A DNA stretch of 64,000 nt from Eledone cirrhosa. Lineage: Eukaryota. The stretch lies in NCBI GenBank assembly GCA_964016885.1, contig OZ024740.1:85064001-85128000 (forward strand). The letters run 5' to 3'. The notes beneath the pieces are model-generated. The model was not told the DNA's origin. It did not search any database and worked only from the letters and a program-made list of their open reading frames with translations. Shown here one piece after another: positions 21,121 to 34,311 of the stretch (within the stretch, counting starts at the first letter, position 1; every line of letters starts with the position of its first letter). A program made the position numbers and the translations under genes.

Positions 21121-22045
21121 TATGTATGTATATATATATATGTATGTATATATATATATATGTATGTATGTATATATATATGTATGTATATATATATGTA
21201 TGTATGTATATATATATGTATGTATATATATATGTATATATACATGTATGTATATATACATGTATGTATATATACATGTATGTATATATACATGTATGTA
21301 TATATACATGTATGTATATATATATGTATATATACATGTATGTATATATATATATATGTATGTATGTATATGTATGTATGTATATGTATATATACATGTA
21401 TGTATATATATATGTATGTATGTATGTATATGTATATATACATGTATGTATATATATGTATATATATATGTATGTATGTATGCATGTATATATATGTATA
21501 TATATATGTATGTATGTATGTATATATATGTATATATATATGTATGTATGTATGTATATATATGTATATATATATGTATGTATGTATGTATATATATGTA
21601 TGTATGTATGTATATATATGTATATATATATGTATGTATGTATGTATATATATGTATGTATGTATATATATACATGTATATATACATGTATGTATATATA
21701 TGTATATATACATGTATGTATATATACAGGTATGTATATATACATGTATATATACAGGTATGTATATATATGTATATATACAGGTATGTATATATATGTA
21801 TATATACAGGTATGTATATATATGTATATATACAGGTATGTATATATATGTATATATACAGCTATGTATATATATGTATATATACATGTATGTATATATA
21901 TGTATATATACATGTATGTATATATATATGTATATATACAGGTATGTATATATATGTATATATACAGGTATGTATATATATGTATATATACATGTATGTA
22001 TATATATGTATATATATGTATATATACATGTATGTATATATATGT
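19670..22045. repeat. (TATG)/(TA) microsatellite grading into TACATG and TACAGGTATG variants
   Basis: Direct inspection. Confidence 0.98.
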
Positions 22046-23237
22046 AGAGGGAGCTTATGTAGAGGGAGCTTATAGATAGGACAACACACGCTGTCTCTTC
22101 GTGGGGTAAGTTTTTAATTAATTTTTGTATTCTGAAACATCAAAATACAACAATTTGTTGGTTACTGGTCTCGGGAATGTCACGACAGAAGTTTGTGGAA
22201 GTTACACAAATATTTTAGTATATTTTAGCAGAGCAATCCTTATTTATATTTTACATTTACTTACATCTCAATATAACATGGCTAGAATTCAAATTTTGCT
22301 AAGAGAAGAAAACGGTCAAATGAACTAGATACATCTCACTGTCCACACCACCACAATAACGTCTACACTCTCTCCCCACCATCACATGTCATTACCATAC
22401 CATACCCTATCGAGACTAAAGTCATCGACCTGTTGTCAAACTCTCTACTCTCTGATGAATGTATATATATATATGTGTGTGTATGTATATGTGTGTATAT
22501 ACATCACTCAGTCAAACAACCAGATTTCAACCCCAACATCTACAACAACAACAACACCGGCTCTAATGTTTACAGCAACAACAGCTTCAGAATGAACTGA
22601 AATGAACATTTACAACAATTACAACAACAACAACAACAGCGGCATCAAAACATAAAAAAAGGAAGGGAAAAGAAAAAAGAAAAGGGAAGGGGGGAAAAAA
22701 AAAAAAAAAAAAAAAAAGGAGAAAAAAAAGAAAGGAAAAAAAAAAAAAAAAAAAAAACTCAAAATAACAAAACACACACACACACACACACACACAACAG
22801 AACAACAACATCAACTGCCACCACCACCACCACCGCCACCGCCGTCGCCATCACCATCACCAGCGACCTGGCCTTAAGAACAACTTTAATAATAATTTTT
22901 CTGCTTTTGGCACGGATCCAGCGACTGGCCAGCGCATCACTGGTACTCTCTTTTGTTGACTCCGTGGAGAGCCATAACTCTATGCTGTAAAGCAATTATA
23001 GTAATACTGGACTGTAATACGATCGGCTTCAACTATACAAACTCTTGAAAGTCAACAGTTGACATAATCTGGTAATCTTGTATCAGTAATGACGGTAATA
23101 TATATATATATATGTGTGTGTGTGCGTGTAAGTGAGTAGAGTAGCGTGTGTGTGTGTTTGTTGTGTGTGTGAGTGTTGCTGTGTGCACGCATATGTATGC
23201 GTGTGTGTGTATGTCGTACGTATAAGTGTCAATAAGT

Positions 23238-23274
<37 letters not shown>

Positions 23275-23279
23275 GCGGG

Positions 23280-26200
23280 GACATAGAAATAATCGGGCTG
23301 GATGCCCGATCGCGCAGTTAAACCACTGGGAGTGAAGAACCCCTAGCCCATGTCAGGGTATTCTTCTAGGAGAAGGCATCTCAGGAAACTGGGTTAACTC
23401 CGATATAAAACCTGCGGCTCAGTAGTTACCGATGATGTTGATCTTTTCTTCTTTTCGGGTTATAGCTACTGTCGCTCAGAGAGTGGGATTGGTTCAGTGC
23501 ACAGTCTTTCCTCACTTTAAAAATATTCGTCACGCACAGGCATTGCACGAGTGCATTAATAATTATTAATAGTGTAGTATTATTATTATTATTATTATTG
23601 TTATTACTATTATTATTACTTTTTTTTTTTTTTTTTTTTTTTTTCCCAATTCAATGATGTTCCAGAACAATGTAAACGAGATAATTGCCAATTTGGGTTC
23701 TGGAACAAAAAGGATCATTGGCAATAAGGGCAGGGGCCCCAAGTTATCACAACCTGGGCCCGCCCGTCATCGTGCCATTGTAATAGAGCCAAACAGGGCA
23801 TTTAGTCTTGGCTGCTGGAACGTACGGACGCTGCTTGACAGGGATTCTTTGGAGCGTCCTGAACGAAGGACCGCTCTTGTTGCGAAGGAGCTTCGACGTT
23901 ACGATCTTGACATCGTGGCTTTGTCTGAGACGAGGTTAGCTGGAGATGGTCATCTTACGGAATTTTGTGGAGAATATACATTCTTCTGGAAAGGAAGAGA
24001 TGAAGGAACCAGAAGAGAGGCTGGGGTAGGATTTGCTGTTAAGACTGTACTGGTGAATAAATTGGAAGAATTCCCAGTGGGGATTAGTGAGCGTCTTATG
24101 TCCATGAGAGTTCCGCTGGACAAGGGAAGATATGCTACCCTGGTGAGTGTGTATGCTCCAACTATGAATTCTGTCGATGAAGAAAAACTGTCCTTTTACC
24201 ATGCCTTGAAAGGTGTTTTAAGAAATATCCCTCAGGCAGACAAAGTCATCGTGCTTGGTGACTTTAATGCTAGAGTGGGTAGGGATTTTAACACATGGAA
24301 TGTAATCGGAAGGCATGGGGTGGGAAAGTGTAACAGCAATGGTATGCTCTTGCTGCAGATGTGTGAGGAGCTGGATCTGTGTGTTACCAACACCATGTTC
24401 CAACAAAAGAACAAATTCAAGACCACATGGATGCATCCTGCATCTAAGGAATGGCATCTTTTGGACTACGTCCTAGTCAGGATGCGTGACAGACAGGATG
24501 TGCGGTGTGTTCGTGTTCTTCGTGGAGCTGAGTGCTGGACGGACCACCGCCTGGTACGCGCAAAAGTGAATCTAATCACCAAACGTAAAATCCGGGCTCC
24601 TGGTGTTGCCCTGCCCAAAAGATTGAATGCTGCTCGTCTTAAGGATAAAAATGTGAAGAGGACATTGGAAGAAGAGATGCAGGCTGCAGATCTTGGTGAG
24701 GATTGGCCGACCCTTAAAAAGTCGGTTTATGATGTAGGCAGACGTGTTCTGGGATTGGTGCAGAGAAAACATCAGGACTGGTTTAATGAGAAAGATGTGC
24801 ATATAGATGACTTGTTGGCTGATAAGAGGCGCGCTCTGTCACGCTACTTGACGGCAAGACCACAGGAGAGGAATACGTTGCATGAGGAGCTCAGGGATGT
24901 AAAATCACGTGTTAGGCGGAGTCTTTCTCAGATGAAGGATCAGTGGTGGAGTGAGAAGGCTGGTGAGATACAAACTGCGTCTGATTGCAATAACACAAAG
25001 CTGTTGTACAGTCTCTTGCGTGAGGTTTATGGACCGTCTTCTTCTCTGGTGACACCGATTCGCAGCAAGGATGGCAAAGAACTTCTTCGTGACTCACAGG
25101 GAATTCTACGAAGGTGGCGGGAGCACTTTGATGATCTTTTGAATCAGCCGTCTGTCGTCAGTGAAGATTTCCTCAATCTCATTCCGGAAAGTCCTGTGAA
25201 AGTAGCTCTCGCAGAGCCTCCGACACTTGTGGAGGTTGCAGTGGCTATTTCGAAGCTGAACAGTGGAAGATCTCCAGGTATGGATGGCATACATGCTGAG
25301 CTCCTACAATATGGTGGTGAGAGACTCCTGCAACATCTTCACTCTCTGTTTGGAGGGATATGGGCTAATGAATCCGTGCCTGAGGACTGGAGAGATGCAG
25401 TAATGGTGGTCTTGTACAAGGGAAAGGGTAACAGGAATGATTGTGGGAACTACAGAGGTATATCATTGCTTTCTGTCGTGGGGAAAGTTTTATGTAGGGT
25501 GCTTCTGGACCGTCTGCTGACACACATTGCAGATTGTGTCCTTCCTGAAAGTCAATCTGGTTTTCGTGTTGGACGCGGCACTACTGATATGATCTTCTCA
25601 GCTAGACAGCTCCAGGAGAAGTGCATTGAACAGGGCTTGGATCTGTATCAGGTTTTTGTCGATCTGACAAAGGCTTTCGATACTGTCAACAGAGATGCAT
25701 TATGGAAGGTTCTCCAGAAACTTGGTTGCCCTGATAAGTTCCTTGCTTTAGTTAGGTCTTTCCATGACGACATGAAGGCTTGGGTTAATGTCGGAGGTAA
25801 CATGTCGGAGCCTATCTCAGTAAAAAATGGAGTGAAACAGGGGGATATTCCAGCACCGACCCTGTTTGCCATATACTTTGCAATGGTTTTCTGTATTGCA
25901 TTCAGGAATTGCGAGCATGGTGTTTACATCCGATATCGAACCTCAGGCAGCATATTTAACATCAGGCGCTTTGCTGCGAAGACAAAAGTATTTACATCAG
26001 TCATAAGAGACCTCTTGTATGCAGATGATTGCGATCTTGTAGCGCACACAGAGAGTGATATGCAGCACATTTTGAATGTATTTTCTGACGCTTGCACTGC
26101 CCTGGGTTTGACTGTCAGTCTCAAGAAAACCGTCGTCATGTACCAACCTGCACCTGGTAGGCAGTACACTGAACCAAACATCTATGTGTATGGCAAACGA

Positions 26201-27207
26201 CTTGGAGTGGTTGATCAGTTTGTCTACCTGGGAAGCACTGTCAATCGATACGGCAACCTTGACAGTGAAATCTCACTTAGGATTAGGAAAGCAAGTGATG
26301 CTTTCGGAAAGCTAGAAAGGCGACTCTGGGGTCGGCGAGACATATGCAGGAGGACAAAGGTAAGGGTGTACAGGGCATGTGTACTCTCTTGTCTTCTTTA
26401 TGCCTGCGAGACCTGGGTCACATATCGACGCCACCTTAAGCAATTGGAGCGTTTCCATCAGATGTGTCTCAGACGGATACATGGCGTTCGCTGGAGGGAC
26501 CACATCAGTGATGTCGAGATTTTGGAAAGCTCTATGTGTGACAGTATAGAAGCTCTTGTGCTTAAGCAGCGACTCCGTTGGAGTGGTCACCTTGCCAGGA
26601 TGAAGGATTCTAGAATACCAAAACAACTCTTCTATGGAGAGTTGGTTAAAGGAAAACGACCGCCACATAAACCAAAAAAGAGGTATAAGGATTCCTTGAA
26701 GGCCTCTCTGAAAGACGCTAACATCTCTGCTGATACATGGGAAAATATTGCTGCTGATCGTAATAAATGGAGAAAGACTGTATATGAGGGAAAAGTTGCC
26801 TTTGAGGCATCTCGAATCGCACACGAGAAAGTAAAGCGGGACGTGAGGAAGGGTATTGCTGTTGCACTTCCAGACGGCGAGGGTCCTCCTATGTTTCTGA
26901 CATGCAGCGTCTGTGCGAGACTCTGCCTAAGCAAAGCTGGACTCGAAAGTCATCTTCGCAGTCATAAAGTAAGACCAGTGGTTGACTACCAGGCTGCTGT
27001 TGGAGATGCTACTCATCATGCTTGCCAAACATGTGGTAGAGAATGTAAATCAGCAGGAGGACTCAAGCGACATGCAAAAGTACACGAACTCCAACCACAG
27101 CCGACTATTCCCAGTAAATGTTTTGGTTGCCGACTCTGTGCAAGACATTTTGGATCATTGGCTGGGCTAAAAAGCCACATTCGATCGCAGCACTGTTAGT
27201 TGCTATC

Positions 27208-27247
<40 letters not shown>

Positions 27248-27326
27248 GCTTATGTGCGTGCGTGTGTGTGTATATATATATGAATATGTATATTATTATT
27301 GTTGTTGTCGTTATTATTATTATTGC

Positions 27327-27387
<61 letters not shown>

Positions 27388-27505
27388 TTTTTTTTTTATT
27401 TTTTTTTTTTTTATTTTTTTTTTATTTTTTTTTTTTTTATTTTTTTTTTTTTTTTTTTTTTATTGTGCAATGGCCATACTCGATAACGAGGGGGCAGCCA
27501 TCATG
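23280..27505 (+). mobile_element. Full-length RTE (BovB-like) LINE
   Basis: 5' UTR with ctaggagaagg motif, single intact ORF, 3' end ccatactcgataacgaggggcagcca; boundaries approximate, no TSD seen. Confidence 0.85.
23654..27199 (+). CDS. RTE LINE ORF: APE endonuclease + RT + three C2H2 zinc fingers (1181 aa)
   Basis: WNVRTL, ALSETR, GDFNARVG, TDHRLV; FVDLTKAFDTV, GVKQG, YADD; three CxxC-x12-H-x3/4-H fingers at the C-terminus; no stops. Confidence 0.96.
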   Translation: MMFQNNVNEIIANLGSGTKRIIGNKGRGPKLSQPGPARHRAIVIEPNRAFSLGCWNVRTLLDRDSLERPERRTALVAKELRRYDLDIVALSETRLAGDGHLTEFCGEYTFFWKGRDEGTRREAGVGFAVKTVLVNKLEEFPVGISERLMSMRVPLDKGRYATLVSVYAPTMNSVDEEKLSFYHALKGVLRNIPQADKVIVLGDFNARVGRDFNTWNVIGRHGVGKCNSNGMLLLQMCEELDLCVTNTMFQQKNKFKTTWMHPASKEWHLLDYVLVRMRDRQDVRCVRVLRGAECWTDHRLVRAKVNLITKRKIRAPGVALPKRLNAARLKDKNVKRTLEEEMQAADLGEDWPTLKKSVYDVGRRVLGLVQRKHQDWFNEKDVHIDDLLADKRRALSRYLTARPQERNTLHEELRDVKSRVRRSLSQMKDQWWSEKAGEIQTASDCNNTKLLYSLLREVYGPSSSLVTPIRSKDGKELLRDSQGILRRWREHFDDLLNQPSVVSEDFLNLIPESPVKVALAEPPTLVEVAVAISKLNSGRSPGMDGIHAELLQYGGERLLQHLHSLFGGIWANESVPEDWRDAVMVVLYKGKGNRNDCGNYRGISLLSVVGKVLCRVLLDRLLTHIADCVLPESQSGFRVGRGTTDMIFSARQLQEKCIEQGLDLYQVFVDLTKAFDTVNRDALWKVLQKLGCPDKFLALVRSFHDDMKAWVNVGGNMSEPISVKNGVKQGDIPAPTLFAIYFAMVFCIAFRNCEHGVYIRYRTSGSIFNIRRFAAKTKVFTSVIRDLLYADDCDLVAHTESDMQHILNVFSDACTALGLTVSLKKTVVMYQPAPGRQYTEPNIYVYGKRLGVVDQFVYLGSTVNRYGNLDSEISLRIRKASDAFGKLERRLWGRRDICRRTKVRVYRACVLSCLLYACETWVTYRRHLKQLERFHQMCLRRIHGVRWRDHISDVEILESSMCDSIEALVLKQRLRWSGHLARMKDSRIPKQLFYGELVKGKRPPHKPKKRYKDSLKASLKDANISADTWENIAADRNKWRKTVYEGKVAFEASRIAHEKVKRDVRKGIAVALPDGEGPPMFLTCSVCARLCLSKAGLESHLRSHKVRPVVDYQAAVGDATHHACQTCGRECKSAGGLKRHAKVHELQPQPTIPSKCFGCRLCARHFGSLAGLKSHIRSQHC

Positions 27506-27556
27506 TATATATATGTATCAATATATGTATGTATATATATATATTTATTAAAATAG

Positions 27557-27980
27557 CAGCTTAGTGGTTAGAGCATTGGCCTTGCAATCGAAAGGTTGAG
27601 TTCAATTCTCAGACCTGGTGATGTGTTGTTTCATTGAGCAAGACACTTTATTACACATTGCTCTAGTTTACTTAGCTGTAGAAATGAGATGATCGGACTG
27701 GGGTCCTTATCATTCCACTGCAAATGGTTCTGGAACTGTCACGGCAAAAAAGCATCCAGCCCACACTGTAAAGTGGATGTGTAGGCGCCACAGAAAAAAA
27801 GCACCCAGCCCCCACTGTAAATGAGGTTGGTGTTAGGAAGGGCATCCAGCTGTAGAAATAAAGCCAGAATCAGTTCCTGTATGAGCAAGCCAAGGTCAGT
27901 CAACCGGACACTGCCCTCAACTGGACAACTCGTCTAACCCATGCTAGCCTGGAAGAACGGACGTAAAACGATGATGATGA
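27557..27980 (+). mobile_element. tRNA-derived SINE with RTE-derived tail
   Basis: gcttagtggttagagc (A box), gagttcaattc (B box), ttgagcaagacacttt central motif, tail shared with RTE 3' UTRs, (GAT)n end. Confidence 0.85.
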
Positions 27981-28298
27981 TATATATGAGAGCAGACCTC
28001 GGATCACTGAAGCTCACAGTGATGTCGAAGGATTGTGACAAGTGGAGAGATGCTGTGCTGAATAGGACCCATCTGACCCTTGCAAGCAGGGAAAAGCGGA
28101 CGTAAAATGATGATGATGATATATATATGTATATGTGTGTGTGTGTGTGTACACCCTTTGACTATAATGAATTAACATTCTTTTCATCCCCATTGTCATG
28201 TTACCTTCTTAGTTTCTCTGACCATTTTTGCTTCCTATTATTCAAGTGAAATCATTGACATTGTTCCCTATTTTTAAATATTTCTCTCTTGACTATAG

Positions 28299-28390
28299 TG
28301 AAATAATTGGTACAATTCAGGAGCCTGGTGCTGGGGTTGAACTTGGTATGCACTTACGGGGTGGTGTTGTGTATAGAAATTGTTTTCAAG
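28299..28390 (+). CDS. PLEK: Pleckstrin-like gene, exon starting the DEP domain (upstream exons not found)
   Basis: tag|T GAA...CAA G|gtaag; EIIGTIQEPGAGVELGMHLRGGVVYRNCFQ; phase 1 joins the next exon as FQGCDL. Confidence 0.85.
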
Positions 28391-28547
28391 GTAAGATTTA
28401 GCTTTTACTTTCTTTTTAAAACATCTGTTGCTTGTTGCTACAGTTACATGTCGTGTCTGTGTCGTGTTGTGCCAGAACAGGGTGGCGTGGATGGGTGGGG
28501 TGTTTGTTTTTAATTGTTGTAGAGTTTCAAAAAGGGGGAAGTAGAAT

Positions 28548-28812
28548 GGTTGAGAGGGAAGTGATACTGAATTCATGAGTTGAGTGGAAAGTATTACTGA
28601 ATTCATGAGTTGAGTGGAAAGTATTACTGAATTCATGAGTTGAGTGGAAAGTATTACTGAATTCATGAGTTGAGTTCTAACTTTGACTCTGAGTTCTGTA
28701 CCTGTATAATATTGGGGTTAATTCAGTCGCCTACACCTTTCCTGTGCCAGTACCATACTGGGGTTAATTCAGTTGACTACACCTTTCTGTACCAGTACCA
28801 TACTAGGGTTAA
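28548..28812. repeat. Two adjacent minisatellites (about 4 x 30 bp; about 2.3 x 45 bp)
   Basis: gagttgagtggaaagtattactgaattcat and atactggggttaattcagttgactacacc units. Confidence 0.9.
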
Positions 28813-29391
28813 TTCAGTTGACTACACCTTTTCTACAAAATTTGTGGCTTTGTATCAGTAAAATAAATTACTACTGGCCTGTTAAAAAGTAATAGCTGTT
28901 GAGTAAATAATGTATTGCAGTATTGTTATTCCATTTTGGGATTTGTTGGTGCATGATCATAAGGGCGTTGGGCTCATGATCAAAAGGTGAGGGGTTTGAT
29001 TCCCAGACCAAGTGATACATTGTTTGAGAAAGGCACTTCATATCATATTGTTCCAGTTCACTTAACTGAAAATGATTACTAGCAGTGGCAGGTGGGGGTT
29101 TGCCTTATGATGGACCTGTGTCGTAAAGCTTATGAAACTTAAAGCTCATGAAACCCTGGATTTCATCCATTCCATGCAAGCATGAAAAAAAGAAATGAAC
29201 ATAAAACAATAATTCTTATAACTCATTTTGGGGGTTTCAAGTTCAGCACCTTCCACACTATATTAAACTGTCTATATAGTCATTTTGAACACTGTCCACA
29301 AGTTTGTATAATTTCTGTTCAAATTGTTCATAATGATACCACATAGCACAATTTATTTTTCGCCAGCATCTCTTGTTTATTTTTGTTTCAG

Positions 29392-29564
29392 GTTGTGATT
29401 TAGTAAACTGGCTGCTGAGGTGGTCAGTTGTTCGAAACAGAGAAGATGGGGCTGCCATGGCCCAAACTCTGTTGAAACTGGGCCATCTACAGGAGATTGA
29501 ACTCAATGATGGTTCAGCTATTGCTGGTGAAAGGTTTAAAGATGGTGAAAGTCTGTACAGATTT
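29392..29564 (+). CDS. PLEK: Pleckstrin-like gene, DEP domain exon
   Basis: tttcag|GT TGT...AGA TTT|gtaagt; GCDLVNWLLRWSVVRNREDGAAMAQTLLKLGHLQ...FKDGESLYRF fits the DEP pattern. Confidence 0.92.
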
Positions 29565-29788
29565 GTAAGTGTTAAACAATATATATATTTATTTCATTCT
29601 TTCAGAAACCCAGTGGGGAGTTAGGACTTTGCTAAAGCAGACTAATTTAAATCAGTAGTTGAATAGTTGACTGTACAATAGAGAATGCTTAGAGGAAATA
29701 TCTTATCCAAAAGATGAGTTATATAGTTCACCTATGCAAGCGTGGAAGACGGACGTTAAACGATGATGATGATGATAGCCAGGCAACT

Positions 29789-29812
29789 TACTCTCGGGCC
29801 TCGAATAATGCC

Positions 29813-29843
<31 letters not shown>

Positions 29844-30161
29844 ATATTAATTTTTTTCAGGCACCTGCTCATTAAATTTTGCTAATCTATATCCGGTGAA
29901 ATTTTATTTTAAGTGGTAGCATCCCTGCGACAATTAATTTTCTTTATACGTTAAAAGACAATGTAAATGACAAAAAAAGTATATTGCTGGAAATCCCATA
30001 CGTTATAAAATAAATAGGTTTGGTTGGAGTATGTAAACTAAACAACTAATTCTGGTTTAAAAAAAAAATCAGCTGAGACAATCTAGAAAAAGTAACGATT
30101 TTCCAACCCCACCGCTTATTCCAAGCATCTCCCCTCTCCTATTATTTGGGACCTGAGAGTA
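29789..30161. mobile_element. TA-flanked MITE (pogo/Tigger-like)
   Basis: tactctcgggcctcgaataat / attatttgggacctgagagta TIRs; oppositely oriented copy at 31873-32233. Confidence 0.65.
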
Positions 30162-31032
30162 TATCAGAGCTTCTCATACCAAATAGTTGGAGACTTTGAT
30201 AATATGAAATGTAACAGCATAGCTTCCAATAGTGATCTTGTAAATTATTCCAGGGGAGACAACTTTGATAGCCCAAACTATATATGTAAATATATTACAT
30301 AGTTAAGTGTGGGTTAACATAATGTAGTGAGGCTTACCTCTCTAAATGTTTAATTAAAATTACACAGGTAGATATTCTGCATGAATGAAAATGATATTAT
30401 ATATATATAAGCAGAATTGTAATCTACCCTATGGAAAATGTATCTCTGCAATATATGTATTAAGAAAGCAGCTACGAGGGAACAAAATCTGCTGGGTGCG
30501 CTCACACACACACAACATAACTAATGCCTCCACCTGACTCTGTTTCTTCGTAATTTTTTTAATAATACATATTTTGTAGATTATGTTTATCAAATTAATA
30601 TATATTTCAGTTTCATAAATGGAGTGAAATTCAGAACATTATTCATACCTACAATATTAATTTAATAACTATTGTTACACGTATCCGTCTCTCTTGTCAC
30701 TTTTCCCCAATCTCTCTTCGTAGTGATATAACTAGGTATTTATAGTATGCAAATTCATTGTTTTTGAGACTAAGTTATCGTACACCTACATATATAAGTG
30801 AAGAATGTTTGAGGTGTGGCAACGATTAGACATATACGATACTCACCTGTTTATTTATTCCGTGTCTCTAAAAAAAACCTAATATGTCAGGGAAATTTTT
30901 ATTTTTAAAACGTGTTTGTAAAGTTTTGGCTTAGAGGCTAGCTACCTCATCGGCTGGCGTCAAGTTAATGTTTATTGAGGTGTTAGCAAAGTTGCCTCCC
31001 CTGTCATAGATGGCATTATTTGTAGGTTTAAA

Positions 31033-31222
31033 GGCAGCGGATTGGCAGTCTCAGTAGAGGGTCTGACGCTATGCTTTGCAGCAAAGAGTTACGGCCCTTT
31101 ATGGTCTGAGTTCAAATCCCGCCAAGGTTAACTTTGCCTTTCATCCTAACAGGGTCGATAAAATAAAGTACCAGTAATGTACTGGGTAATTGCTGGCCTT
31201 GTGCCAAAAGTAGAAACAATTA
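31033..31222 (+). mobile_element. SINE, second family
   Basis: ggcagcggattggcag...gagttcaaatcccgcc...ttgcctttcatcct...gataaaataaagtaccag. Confidence 0.7.
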
Positions 31223-31872
31223 TTTATAGGTTTAACATTGGAACGCTGATCTACTGAGAACACTAGCTAAATGTCCGTTAAATTATACCCTACAGTGTTA
31301 AAAGGGAATGAATAATTGCTTACTGTATTTTTAGATAAAATACGTGATGTTCGTGGCTGGAATCTCATTGAAATTAGGGTCTATTCGATTCGGAATTCAC
31401 TTAGGACTAAAACATAATATTAAAATGTCTATATCTTTAGTGGATAGGGAACACTAGTTTAAAACTTAACTTTATACGTGAATATGATACAGGTTTTAAC
31501 ATCTTGGGCTAACGAAAACTGGCAAAGACTGCACTAACAGTGACAATTGTTTCGGGTAATTTGTGAAATTTGTATTAAGCCCTTAACTCGAATATACAGT
31601 AAGCCTTTATTGGATCCTCTGTGTGACTGCTCTTATTGCTTGAAATAGCAGCCAAATTTCCACGTGAAATCACATTTTGCCTCATTAAAAATGGGAAGAA
31701 TACATTGAGTAATGCAGTCCTAATGCTATCGTAATACATGGAATGCAGGGCTGAACTATAGCTACAACATAAACATGTATTCGATAAAGAAGTATTAGTT
31801 GTAGTCTCTCTCTCTCATCGTATTTACAAGCAGCAAGTTCTCTATAGTTAGCTCCCTTGATTTTTCTTTTTG

Positions 31873-32233
31873 CTACTCTTGCGTTCCAAATAATAGGGTG
31901 TGCGTGTGTGTGGAAAAGCGGTAATTTTTGTAGGTTGTCTCCGTTGATTTAAAAAAGAATTAGTCGTTTAGTTTACATGTTGAAACCCCAACCCGTTCTA
32001 ATTATTTTATAACATGAGATTTCTAGTAATGTACTTTTTTTTTGTCATGCCTTTTAATGTATAAAGAAATTAATTGTCGCAGGGATGTTACCACTTAAAA
32101 TAAAATTTCGCCAGAGAGAAGTTCGAAAATTTAATAAGTGGGGGGGGGGGGGGGGGGGGTAAAAGCGTGGATGGGTTGGGAAAAATCTGAAAAATTAATA
32201 GGGGTGAGGGCTATTATTTGAGGCTCGAGGGTA
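31873..32233. mobile_element. TA-flanked MITE, same family as 29789-30161
   Basis: Shared internal attaattgtcgcagggatg.taccacttaaaataaaattt in reverse orientation; TIRs. Confidence 0.65.
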
Positions 32234-33539
32234 TTTATCAGATGTCTTTTTGCGCAATTAAACCACCCCCATAAATTATTCTCAATACAGTTGGAAATAG
32301 TAATTTTCTTGAATACTTGCTATATTAATATTGCTTAATAAAGATAACGACTGTATTGAACATTAGATGTTTAATCTGGATCATCTCAAGAACAGGGGAT
32401 TTACTGCTATCATCATCATTATTGTTTGACTTTTCCATGGGGGTATGGGTTGGACAGGACTTGTTGAAGCAATGTTTTGCACCCAGATGCCCATCTTAAC
32501 ATCAACCCTTTTAATTGCTCCTTACGATATGCAGGGATACCGTGTGTCTATTCTAAACTGAATCACTCACGTTTGTTTATTTTGATTAATATCTTAGTCA
32601 TTGCTCATGACCTTTCCAAGCTCTCTCCTGACTGGGGGAATTTATGTGTGCAATGTCCAGACTGAATATCACCAGCTGATTGTCTGATGAGAAGTAACTT
32701 GGCATCTGTTCTGAATACTTGCAACAAAGTGAACTCTGCTAAAATCACCCAAGGTGCAGTTGGTAATGTCTAACCATGTCTGTATATATGTAGGACAATC
32801 CAGTCAAGGAGTGGGAGGGCTTCAATTGAAAAGCACCTACATGTTGTAGTATTAAAGCAACTAGAAAATGCACTTGTGAATTAGACAGTGCTCTTGCTAA
32901 TTCCAGTGCCGAACTCTTTAATGTAAATCTTTACAGCTAAGGTATACAGGGCAATTTCAAAGCTATGGTGATAATCATCTACAGAAACGCTATACAGTTG
33001 CAGTGTTGCAAATTTACAGGTGAAATAAGAGAGAAGGGAATATCTAGCAGATGCCAGTAATTATTTTGGTTACTTTGCAATGCCAAATCTGAAGCTTTTC
33101 ATGTGTGTCTGTCAAGTAATATCTTTTAACCCTCTCATTACCATATTTCTAATGAAAGCCACTGCCTGTGATTTTCAAATAATTTAGAAAATAATCAAGA
33201 ATTTGGAGGAATTTAATAAAATAACTACCTTTCTCATTATTAAGCTGGGGTTTGGAAAGGTTCTTATATAAAATTATGCAGTAAGTTCTCATCTTGTTGA
33301 CCTCATAAGGTTTTTAGATAAATATAATCACTATAAAATAAACAGCTTAATACCATAATATTATCAGCAGTTTCAGGTTGTTTGGTATCAAAAGGGTTGA
33401 TATTTCAGAAATTATTTAAAAGATTTTTAAAGATTTATATTCAGGTCATTGAAATAATGAATGTTAGTTTTTCAATCACATTTTGTTTAATTGTTGATTC
33501 ATTTTCCTTTTTTATTTTTGTGTGTCTGTGAAAATAATA

Positions 33540-33742
33540 TACCGTATACACTTGAATATAAGCTGAGGAATATGTGACCAAAAAATCGATGGTAAAATGG
33601 GGTGGGTGGGGTGGAGTCGGCTTATATTTGCCATCAAAACATGTGTTGATTAGTTGCCTCAGTTTATAAATGGGATTTGGATATTTGCCCATTTCTCAGA
33701 CATAGAATAGGAATGTCAGCTTATATGTAAGTATATATGATA
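33540..33742. mobile_element. Tigger/pogo-like MITE (second copy about 36010-36170)
   Basis: taccgtatacacttgaatataagctga terminus with imperfect inverted end; shared ttgcccatttctcagacata. Confidence 0.55.
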
Positions 33743-33821
33743 CTTCGATGTTGATGGCATTTGTGTCAAAGTTGTCCAAAATATTGATGGTGGCTTTTAT
33801 TAAATGTTTGTTTTGTTGCAG

Positions 33822-33977
33822 ACTTCTCTAAATATGGGGGCCAAACGAGATAGTTACTCAGACAACACCGACAGTGATTCCAGCAGCTCAGAAGAGGAAG
33901 ATGAGGATGAAGGAGAAAGTCAGAAAAGATCTCCAAAAAAAGGAAAAGTGATAAAAGAAAGTTTCTTATTAAGAAAA
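33822..33977 (+). CDS. PLEK: Pleckstrin-like gene, acidic linker and start of PH domain
   Basis: ttgcag|ACT...AGA AAA|gtaggt; SDSSSSEEEDEDE...GKVIKESFLLRK; phase 0/0. Confidence 0.9.
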
Positions 33978-34311
33978 GTAGGTATCCTATATTGGTTCTC
34001 TGATGTGATGGTGGGTCCTTGGTCTGGGTGGTTCCTATGTTTTTGATTGGACTAATTCTTGATGATCATCATGCGACTCCAGCTTGTGAATATATGTAAG
34101 TCCTGGGGTTTTGCTATTGTTAACTTTAGTTTGATCAAAAGTGTTACTACAGTTATCATCATCATCATCATTTAATGTCCATTTTTCTACACATGGTTTA
34201 GACGAGTTGTCCGGTTGTGAGATAAATCAGATCAGATGACCATGTCTTGCTCACACAGAACTGTTCTGGCTTAGTTTCTATGGCTGGATACCCTTCCTAA
34301 CATCAACCACA

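Noticed and set aside
22045-23100. Non-repetitive stretches with a GTAAGT donor at about 22106, as possible upstream pleckstrin exons
   Set aside because: No acceptor plus open frame with PH-like sequence could be assembled; more likely transposon remnants.
27557-27620. tRNA gene calls for SINE heads
   Set aside because: A/B boxes only, no full cloverleaf; continuous with SINE bodies.
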